From positions 1 to 33,654 of the forward strand of contig JASVEC010000193.1 of NCBI GenBank assembly GCA_030770535.1: a stretch of 33,654 nt of DNA. Reading direction: 5' to 3'. Below are positions 24,750 to 33,654 of this stretch, in pieces. Within the stretch, counting starts at the first letter, position 1. Each line of letters starts with the position of its first letter. This stretch comes from Batkoa obscura. Its lineage: Eukaryota. Made by a program: the position numbers and the translations under genes. The notes under the pieces are model-generated. The model was not told where the DNA came from. It ran no database searches and worked only from the letters and a program-made list of their open reading frames with translations.

Positions 24750-25541
24750 TTCTTTATTTTATTTCAATTTAATTTTGATGAAAACAAACCTACCAAAATC
24801 CCTTGTTTTATATCCCCATCTTTTACTGCGCTCTCAAATAAACGTTTGTTGATTTTTAATACTTTTATAAAATCGCTTAATTTTATTCTATTCTATAAAG
24901 TATTTGATCTACTTTGCATAAAATTAAGTGTTATGAACAAGTTTAAAACGCTTGCGAATAAATATGGAAATTCCGGTAATCCTAGGTTCCGAATAAAATT
25001 TAGTTAAATTTTTCTTCATTGGTTTGAGTTTAAGAACATTTGATAGATTGAATAAGTGAGATCAGACTGATAATTTTGACCAGGTTTTTTATGAGGGTGT
25101 TGGTATAATTAGATGGGCTTTCTGGGGGTAGAATGGTAGCGTTGAGGTAATCGAAAAGGAATTTAAGTCAAAAAATACTTGGGTTTATTTAGGTTAGAAG
25201 CTACATGAATATTCAGAAGTAAATTCGTTTTAATGGATGTGTTTACTTTTTATCCTATGCTCTTGATAATGTAAAAGATGTGATCTCTCTTTCGACTATA
25301 ATTTAATTATAATAAAATATGTAACATTACTAGGTATAACAACGCTTTATTCAAAAAATAAATAACAGTCATTATTTCAAATTTGATAAAACCAATACAA
25401 AAATAAACCAATATCAAAAGTTTATTTAATTAGTATATAAACAAAGGTCCTTTATTGATAAATCATTTAAAACCAAATGGATAAAACCAATAGGACAGAA
25501 GCTAACAAGGAGGTATAACAATATATAGTACATATCATTTA

Positions 25542-26132
25542 TTAAGTAGTAATCCAAGAGCAAACGGCACACCGAGTAATAGCCAGAAAAAACACCGCAA
25601 ACTCGATTTCTTCCAGCTGTTTAAAAACAGCTATTTCCAATAACCTTTTTGAAGAGAAAGCCAACACTCCTTTAATCAAAACAAGATCATACCCTTGTTC
25701 TGTAATATGAAACATAGCCAAATTATTGAATTTCAATTTTGATATAATAAAGTATTTGCTAGTATATAATCTTAAATCTTGAAGTTGAATTTTATAGGTT
25801 TGGTCCAAATCTACGTATTCCATGGTTGCAGATACCCCATTATTTATATAAAACAAAAATGAAAGTTGATTGGTTCTAGGTACTTCTAATAGATCCACTA
25901 TGTTAGTACTATCCATACGCTTGAGTTCAAAACCTCGTTCGTGTTGATATAGTTTATAAATAACTTTATTCGTTTGTTTGTCAAGAATGATTAGTTTCAT
26001 ATTATTAAGTAAATTAAACGAGAACTTAATATCTATTCTGTAGTAACTTACCGCATCATTATATAAAGGTAAGCCTTCTTTAATAATCGATTCATATGAT
26101 GGTAATATGCTCATACTGTTTTTATTTATCAT
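25542..26132 (-). CDS. PY-PY barrel family member C (196 aa; alternative start MSILPSY at 26114)
   Basis: Intact ORF; LPSY and LPLY; aligns with member B; TATA box at ~26158-26164. Confidence 0.8.
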   Translation of the reverse strand: MINKNSMSILPSYESIIKEGLPLYNDAVSYYRIDIKFSFNLLNNMKLIILDKQTNKVIYKLYQHERGFELKRMDSTNIVDLLEVPRTNQLSFLFYINNGVSATMEYVDLDQTYKIQLQDLRLYTSKYFIISKLKFNNLAMFHITEQGYDLVLIKGVLAFSSKRLLEIAVFKQLEEIEFAVFFLAITRCAVCSWITT

Positions 26133-27331
26133 TAATCAATTGATCAATTTAATGAGCTTTTATAACAATACAATACAACTTTGCACTAAATTAAAAAAAA
26201 GAACAATATATTAATGATAAAAACCAGTAATGTATTGATATAAATACATAAGTTATAATCAGACATATTTCAATTCAATTCGCCAAGTTTAAACAAATGT
26301 TTTACTGCACTAAGTTAACCCACATTTCCATATAATTATGACTCAACTCACTCCTTTAATTTTTTCCATTACAAAATACTTTTTATTGGCATATACAACT
26401 ATCTCAATTTGATCTCTATCTATCATTCAGACTCTATATTATAACTAAAACTACTTTGCAACTTTAAATTATCTATTAAAACTGCGATTTTAACTGTTTT
26501 AGGCTGTTTTGTTTTATTTTTACAAAACCTACTAATAGTTATATTAAAATACAATAAACACAGTATTATAAAAAACTCAATTTTAGAATATTTATTTGTT
26601 TTTGGCTTTAGTAATATATAGCTGATATGGAGAAAATAAACTTTATCTTCAAAACGGGAACTTGAAAAAAACAATCAGATGAAATCTACTTAAAATAAGG
26701 TTAAGAAATAGAATTCCGAAATTGCCTTTTTTATAAATTTATAATAAAAAGAATTAGTAATATAAAACTAAATAATGATAATGGTACATTGATTTTTTAA
26801 AAACCCGAGAATTCAGATAATCTAAAAGTAAAGCACTCCCTGTTATTTAGCTAATTATAGAATATTCTTTATCGATATTTAACATTAAATATCATATATC
26901 TCATATTATTAATACAAGTTTATCCAACTCTTCTGAATTTAAAAAGTAAATTCTGGGTAATTGTCTGGAATTTAGTTTAATAATACAATCCCGAGTTGAA
27001 ATTAAAGTATCAGACAATTTGAAAAATAATTTTTCTAACCCAACGTTATTACCCAAAAGCTAAGCAACTTGAACTGAAGCAGCACATGTAATCCAAAAGC
27101 GATTTGATTTCATTCATCCTATACTTTTAATCAATTGATATCCAATAAAAAGTAATGTTAAGCTGCATCGTATAAACATCATCTATTTCACTTACCCACT
27201 GTATCCCGTTGCAACTTATCTGAAAACTAAGGGTCTAAATGTTTAGTTCATCACTACTAAACTATATCATCTCCTTTTTATTATAAATAAGCACCAAATC
27301 CTAATTATATTTATTAACAGAAAAAATATGA

Positions 27332-27413
27332 TCTCAGCACCCGGGATCGAACCAGGGACCGATGGATTGCTATCATTTACAGTCCATCGCTCTTCCAACT
27401 GAGCTATGCTGAG
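27332..27413 (-). tRNA. tRNA-Tyr(GTA) with a 9-nt intron (27368-27376)
   Basis: Cloverleaf: CTCAGCA/TGCTGAG acceptor, GCTC/GAGC D stem, ATGGA/TCCAT anticodon stem with CT-GTA-A[intron]A loop, CCTGG-TTCGATC-CCGGG T arm. T6 Pol III terminator at 27321-27326. Confidence 0.95.
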
Positions 27414-27692
27414 TTATCCAATGGACTTAGAATTGGTAAATAATATATATTCTTTTAATTACTTTATCTCAATACAAAGGATACCTAAATTGGTTTCAGA
27501 ATTCATTTAAAAATAAAATATAAGCTTTTATAATTAAACTTCAAAATAAATTTTTTATAAGTTTTAATATAATAAAAAATAAGAACTAATAAAATTCCTA
27601 TATAACATTTATTTGATTTATTATTCGATTTATTGTTTAATTAAAACTTAAAAATGATAAAAATAATAATAAATATTTATCAAATAATATAT

Positions 27693-28765
27693 GGGGTTGT
27701 CTGAATTAGTTTCATTATTTTATCCAATTTTTGAAAAATTTTGTATTTTAAAAACTTCGCTTAAAATTCTATAAAATCACATCTTTTATTAAAACAAAAG
27801 TACCCAAACACAGTTCTAAATCATTCTATTATAGCTCATACTGTAAGTTACTTGAATTTCTACTAGATCTTAAATACATGTTCTTATAAAGCTTAATTGA
27901 GAAATATTTATTATCAACCGCTTTATAACCAACATTGTAGATTTATTATCAAATAAATAAACTATTTTAATGTTGTAGTTACATTATTAATATATTGCCA
28001 AGTTAATAAATAGCTGCATGGGAGGGAGTGGTTAGCCCCAAAACTATAATTAACCATCCCTATATAGTACAAGTAATAATAGTTTTTACATATTATTACA
28101 GTTACTTGTTCTTTGACTATTTATTAACTTAGCTATTAATAACTTAAGTAATCTTAACATTTAACAACCTATTTCTATCATTCAACAAACTACTTACTTG
28201 CTTAGTAAATATCGAAATTTTTAAATTCTCTGTTATCTTCGTAAGGTAAGCTGGGATCGATCTTTTAATTTTTCTGTTTTCTATAGACTCTATAACTTTA
28301 ATTGGGACTATATCGCTTTTTTTTGATGTATCAGATACTGGATAACAATGTAGTTTATTGTTATGTTTAATAAAGTGTAAATACTTCTTAATGCCTTGCA
28401 TCTCTATTATTCTTTTTGTATTTTTGTTTCTTTTATACTTTTTAAAAATTATATCTGTTTTCCCATTATTAACAGTCGAGTTATTAATTTTATTATGCTC
28501 GCAAATAAAAGCCTCAAATCTTGAAATTAATTGATCGATATCTTCTATTTTACCTAACGCTTCAAAACTACTTTTCCATTTTGAAAGGTTTCCAAAATGT
28601 CCATCAACTATACTTTTTCCATGATGCTCAGCAAAAAAATTAAGATTGACATTCAAACTACTATTTGGGAGTGTTTTTTTTAACTTCATTATTTTTTCCA
28701 TTTTTTAAGCGCTATTTAAGCGGAAAATTTGTTAGTAAAATTCTTAAACATAAAAATACATCCCC
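27693..28765 (-). mobile_element. Sola(2)-like DNA transposon, internally deleted copy (1073 bp), with a 99-bp MITE unit as its right end (28667-28765)
   Basis: Termini GGGGTTGT...ACATCCCC flanked by ATAT at 27689-27692 and 28766-28769; carries a transposase C-terminal fragment; homologous to 10274-11635 and 31977-32310. Confidence 0.85.
28144..28666 (-). pseudogene. 5'-truncated DDD/E transposase fragment (Sola2-like)
   Basis: Open frame containing NFFAEHHGKSIVDGHFG, matching the HGKxxxDG motif I recall around the last catalytic Asp of Sola2-type transposases. The ORF-track N-terminus (28667-28701) comes from the MITE, not the transposase. Confidence 0.75.
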
Positions 28766-29164
28766 ATATATTTTTAGTAAAATTATTTTAAAATTAAATC
28801 AAAAACTAAAAAAATAAACATCAACTATAGATTTTTCAATAATAGGATTTTATTAAACAACTTTTTACAGTATACTTTTAAATTGTATTCACAAAATCAC
28901 TCATAATTACTTGTATTAACTTATAAATTACTATTTACCAGATTTTTATAATTTTTTAAAACTGTCAGGTATTTTTGCTTCTTGATAAAAAATTAGGTTA
29001 GTATTGTTTTATTGATTACTTTCATAAGTTATTGAATTTTAAAAACTGAATGAAAAAATTAAAAAAATTTAGACATCCTAATACGGAGTTTGTAAATTTG
29101 AAGACAGATACAAAACAAATAAACAAAAAGTAAATTTTAACCTCATATTTAGTTTATAAATTAT

Positions 29165-29788
29165 TTATTGAGAATAAACGAAACCAAGGATCTGACAACA
29201 AGCTATTAATAAGATTGGAAATTCAACTGAGGATATATGAAAACTAAACCTTACCTGAGCAATCATTAGCTCTTTATGGGATAAACAGAAGCTAGCTAAG
29301 ATCACTAATGGACTCTCATTCAAGCTTATAACCCATTGGTACAAATTACTGTCTCCGATCCTTCTTTTAGTAATGGTATAAGCGCCTGTTTCCTCTTCTA
29401 TTGCATAAGGATTGTAGGTAGTTAATCTTGAAACTGTTAGTTCGTAGTTCAGCTCAGCTCTCAATTGATTCATCTTTAGTATTTTAACTAATCCATTTGG
29501 ATACAATTGATATGTTTTGGTTTCTAGTAAAATACTATTATCAAGCCCTTGAAGCTGCCTTCCATCATTGGTAGGGTAGATCTGATACCAAACAACTTCG
29601 GATCCCTTTTCTATTAGCTTCCAGGTACATTGATTGATATTTTTAAATAATGAGAATTCAGTTTGGAGTATGAATTTTTTAATTGGAGGAGAATATGGAG
29701 GAAGTGATATACCATGATGGGCTGTGGAATAAGCTGGAAGTGACTCATCACCTTCGGAGATCATTGGATTTGAGTTTGACAAACTCAT
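29165..29788 (-). CDS. PY-PY barrel family member D (207 aa)
   Basis: Intact ORF; LPAY and LPPY; WKL...W(Y/F) and ILLETK motifs shared with A and E; TATA box at ~29817. Confidence 0.82.
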   Translation of the reverse strand: MSLSNSNPMISEGDESLPAYSTAHHGISLPPYSPPIKKFILQTEFSLFKNINQCTWKLIEKGSEVVWYQIYPTNDGRQLQGLDNSILLETKTYQLYPNGLVKILKMNQLRAELNYELTVSRLTTYNPYAIEEETGAYTITKRRIGDSNLYQWVISLNESPLVILASFCLSHKELMIAQVRFSFHISSVEFPILLIACCQILGFVYSQ

Positions 29789-30782
29789 TTTTCAACTTGA
29801 TGAAAATAGGTGCTATTTTATAGTTTTAGGGTCATTCCGCAGTGATGGTTTTGTTGGATTTTTTACTTTTAGGGTCAAAATATGGGCTGGGCTGCTGTCA
29901 AAATTATTGATCATATCAATTACTATTATTGTAAAAAATATTAAATTTGCTTTTTAAAGTATTGACTACTAACTCTACTTAATTATAGGCAAAATATATA
30001 ATTTTCATTTTGTTTTGTGATACAACTGCGAAACAAGTTACTCAGTATAATCAACAAAAATAATGTACTACAGGTGAGTCATAATTAATCGATGGTAGCT
30101 AAAAATTAGAGCCCCTTTAATATATTAAAATAGTTACTAAAACGGCGCTTTAATTTTTTGTATCCCTTTGATTGATTTAGGGTTGGTTTTGCAATTTGTT
30201 TATAGCCCAAATGGAATTCAACACTGTTTATTATCTTTAATTTTTACTAAAAAAATATGACCAAATATACTAAAAATAAGCGCATAATATAATAAATGGT
30301 ACTAAGGTTAAATTTATACACTATATTATGCTGTCTTTAATATCTCTTCTAAAATCATTTTGTATTTTATTCTAAATTTAAGCTGGACTTAAAATTACTA
30401 ATCTTAAATTAAGAAATGATAATAAATAAATAGCTTATTCTTACTGGTTAATACTTCTAAATGATATCATAATAGCTCATCTATTTAAGCGTTCAACAAC
30501 TTTCTTGACTTATATTGATCTAAATCATGAACTGTAGTTTCAAATAAAGTCCTATTAATAATAATAAAATCGAACCTATTTTCATTTAAAGAATATATAA
30601 AAGCGCCGATTTCGTTATGAAAATAAATAATTTAAATTTAATCAGCTATCACTTTAATCTCTAATATCAACAATTCTTATAATTGATAGCAGACGAATTA
30701 CTTAAACTGATAAGAGCATTAATTTAACTGCGCATCTTAATTAACAGTATAAATACCCAGCAAACTACACAGGGTAAAGAAA

Positions 30783-31403
30783 ATGTCAGATCCTACTTAT
30801 AACAATTTAAATGGTGAACTGCTACCTTCTTATTCCTTACAATATAATAATAGCGCACTACCCTCATACCCATCCCAAATCAAAAGTTTTACAATACATA
30901 GCAACTTTTCTTTGATAAAAAAGATCCCTCAGTGTAAATGGAAATTACAAGAAGCAGGCACCAAAGCTTCTTGGTTTTCGATTAAGCCCACCAATAATGG
31001 GATTCAACTCATTGACTTTGATGACTCAGTCATAATGAAAACTCATCAGCTACCAAGATTAGACCATAAGCTTTACTTTAAAGTTATAGATCCTTTAAAT
31101 CAAAGATGCTATGCTGAGGTAATATCCCAGTTGAATCAGTGTGTGATTTTGATGTCCCATTCTTACCAGAAGGAAACTGAGATCAAAAAGTATGTGATTG
31201 AGAAAAAAAGACTGAGTAGTGGGCGCTCAATATGGAACATTTATTTAAATGGGTTCCCAGATACAGTAGTCTGTAGCTTTAATTTAAAACACGATCGAAC
31301 AGAGATTGCGGATGTTAGATTCAATTGTAGTTATTTAACTAGTTTGGAGTTTTATACGTTTTTCAGTGTGGTGGGACAACTCGTTTCGTTAATTTATTCT
31401 TGA
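30783..31403 (+). CDS. PY-PY barrel family member E (206 aa)
   Basis: Intact ORF; LPSY twice; aligns with A and D; TATAAA at 30748; AATAAA at ~31475. Confidence 0.82.
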   Translation: MSDPTYNNLNGELLPSYSLQYNNSALPSYPSQIKSFTIHSNFSLIKKIPQCKWKLQEAGTKASWFSIKPTNNGIQLIDFDDSVIMKTHQLPRLDHKLYFKVIDPLNQRCYAEVISQLNQCVILMSHSYQKETEIKKYVIEKKRLSSGRSIWNIYLNGFPDTVVCSFNLKHDRTEIADVRFNCSYLTSLEFYTFFSVVGQLVSLIYS

Positions 31404-31976
31404 ATGTGTATTTATTAGTCTTATTTTTTAACTTACTAGCTGCCATTGGTAGTCTTATTATATCATTATTATTAAATAAATTTATTACTATTTTTTATTC
31501 CATTTTGCTACCTATTTTCAATGTGAAATTTTAAAACTTATCAACAATATAACAATCTAAAATTAGAATTATCCGAAAAACTCTCAATATTAGTTTTAAA
31601 AATTCCTATCATTTCATTTTTAACGAAATGATGCAATAATAACCATTATGTCACTTTTCAATTTAATACGTACTACCAACCATCATTATTTTTCCTTTTA
31701 ATAAAGCTGCTTATAAATAGCATTTAAATATGGACTAGCTTACAGAGACTTTCATATCAGTTCAATAATTCAACACTTCGATTAAAGTATATTTTATTCC
31801 TACAATTTATTGTATTGATAAAAAACTATTAAATATTATTAAAACAAAAAACAAAGTAATAAGAAATAATAAAATATGAATATTTCTTAATTTAGAATCT
31901 TTATGTTTATTTTTAAATTAAACTATTTATTAATTTATTTGAATAAATATAAAAGTTATCTTTAAAATTATGATAT

Positions 31977-32310
31977 AGAGATATCTAAATTAATTTCATT
32001 TTTGCTTAATTTGTAAAAAATTTATGTTTTAAAAATTTTGCTTAAAACTATAGAAATATTTTTATTAAAAGCAGAAATATCTAATATAGCTTTAAATTAT
32101 TCTATTATAATCTATATTATAAGTTAGAAGGATTTCTATTAAATCTAATGAAAAGCACCATATTACCAAGGCTTCTACTAATATAACCTATATATTAGCA
32201 TTAATCAAAGCTGTAGTATGTAAATAAATACATATTTTTATAAAACATTATTAAGAAGTATCTATTATTAACTGCTTTGTAGCTAATATTGTAAACTTCC
32301 TATCAAATAG
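31977..32310 (-). mobile_element. Degenerate left-end fragment of the same Sola-like element
   Basis: Begins ATAT-AGAGATATCTAAATTAATTTCATT and is colinear with ~10274-10615. Confidence 0.78.
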
Positions 32311-32664
32311 ATATGAAATTTGATATTCAGTGCTTGGAATCAAAAGCAGTTCTTGCTTGATTAGCCAGCTGTAAGTTTAAAGGTCCTATTTTATGTGACT
32401 TAGACTTGAATTATGAAGAGTAGCACGTATTAGGTTACAGACTATGGAAGACAAATAGAATAGATAATGTTACTGTAAAATCTATATAAAATATTATCAG
32501 AAAGATTTAATGGCTTTATTAGAGGTACAATATCAGAGAACAATTCAGTTAAAAAGCCTCGAGTTATTATATTGAAGAATCTTTTTTATACTGCAACAAG
32601 TATGGATATCAAAATGAGAGAATAATATTGTTTGTAATATGAAATTAGAAATTCCCATAGTATC

Positions 32665-32767
32665 AAAATAAGAGCCTAGAATTGGTTGTCTCCGAACTCA
32701 AGAACACAGCAACTTAAGTTATTATTCTGTTATAATTAATCATAGAGCTGACAAAGCGATATTTCAC
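32665..32767 (+). repeat. ~100-bp repeat, inverted homolog of 11331-11432
   Basis: TTGTCTCCGAACTCAAGAACACAGCAACTTAAG...CGATATTTCAC matches the reverse complement of 11331-11432. Confidence 0.8.
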
Positions 32768-32787
32768 ATTTCTTATTATATTTACAC

Positions 32788-32806
32788 TTATTATTATTAT
32801 TATTAC

Positions 32807-32886
<80 letters not shown>
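32788..32886. repeat. (TTA)n microsatellite, ~33 units with a few interruptions
   Basis: Directly visible. Confidence 0.97.
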
Positions 32887-32888
<2 letters not shown>

Positions 32889-33058
32889 ACAATTTTATAT
32901 TTTATTAAAAATTTTCATATATTTTATATTATATATATTTTTTGGCAAGTTATTATGAAATTTTTCTCAAATTTTTATTTTTATTTTTATTTCATGTGGT
33001 CAAATAGTTAAATTTTGCTTTTAAATACTACAAATAAATTAATTTTATTTAGTTATAT

Positions 33059-33157
33059 GGGGATGTTTTTTTGTGTTTAAGAATTCTATTAACAATTTTT
33101 CTACTCAAATAATGCTTAAAAAACGGAAGAAGTAATGAAGTCAAAAAAAACACCCCC
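33059..33157 (+). mobile_element. MITE (99 bp), ATAT target-site duplication
   Basis: GGGGATGT...ACACCCCC flanked by ATAT at 33055-33058 and 33158-33161. Confidence 0.9.
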
Positions 33158-33472
33158 ATATTTAGTTTCTAATAACTTAGTTCTTAACTTTTAGCACATA
33201 ATTTTAAATGCTAGTTTAAATCTAGTTCAAAAGTTATTAAAGTTATAATAATAATGAACTATAAAGTATGATATATATAGTAATCTTAGAAGGCTTATTT
33301 AGTAAATGGAAAATTCAAAACAGATAAAAAACAAAAGGAGTAGTATTATTTGTATATGTTAATAAAGTTAAAAGGCTTTAATGGCGAATCAATAAAACAG
33401 AAACTATCTTACGAATATTAAAATCTGTATTTTTCTTTAAATATTATATTTGACAATAAAAAGGAGGAATGG

Positions 33473-33546
33473 GCTCGTATGGCGCAATTGGCTAGCGCGT
33501 TCGACTGTTAATCGAGAGGTTGCTGGTTCGATCCCAGCTATGAGCG
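33473..33546 (+). tRNA. tRNA-Asn(GTT)
   Basis: Cloverleaf: GCTCGTA/TATGAGC acceptor, GCGC/GCGC D stem, TTCGA/TCGAG anticodon stem with GTT, GCTGG-TTCGATC-CCAGC T arm, discriminator G. T5 run at 33573. Confidence 0.95.
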
Positions 33547-33566
33547 TTCGATCCCAGCTATGAGCG
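33527..33566 (+). repeat. Exact tandem duplication of the last 20 nt of tRNA-Asn
   Basis: TTCGATCCCAGCTATGAGCG at 33527-33546 and again at 33547-33566. Confidence 0.97.
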
Positions 33567-33654
33567 TACCAATTTTTAATATTAAAATGGTACTTAATTT
33601 TAGTTTTGAGTTCAAACAAAGCCTGAGTATTTTTTTCATCTAAAAGTTCATGTC

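Noticed and set aside
26850..27270. Possible decayed minus-strand gene next to tRNA-Tyr
   Set aside because: Fragmented frames, no PY motifs and no recognisable domain.
27693..28143. Possible Fanzor/TnpB or second ORF downstream of the transposase
   Set aside because: Manual translation of two copies shows shared stops and no RuvC or zinc-finger motifs; it remains testable only on a full-length consensus.
33437..33619. 60-aa minus-strand ORF
   Set aside because: Antisense translation of tRNA-Asn.

Overview
AT-rich eukaryotic window, most likely an early-diverging fungus (Entomophthorales/Zoopagomycota-like; this is inference from composition, intronless genes and gene content). The left two-thirds is an array of secreted enzymes: five class-3 lipase paralogs (two intact, two with single-base indels that may be sequencing errors, one clear pseudogene) and two three-domain multicopper oxidases. 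Both families show patchwork homogenisation. The right third holds five diverged ~200-aa paralogs of an unannotated family, each with two N-terminal LPxY (PY) motifs followed by a probable LURP-one/Tubby-like barrel, plus tRNA-Tyr(GTA, 9-nt intron) and tRNA-Asn(GTT) with an exact 20-bp duplication of its 3' end. A Sola(2)-like DNA transposon family is scattered throughout: three long defective copies, a ~99-bp MITE with 4-bp target-site duplications, and a probable excision footprint inside a lipase gene. Best candidates for novelty are the PY-PY-barrel family, the Sola-like element and MITE architecture, and Lys at the T1 axial position of both oxidases.
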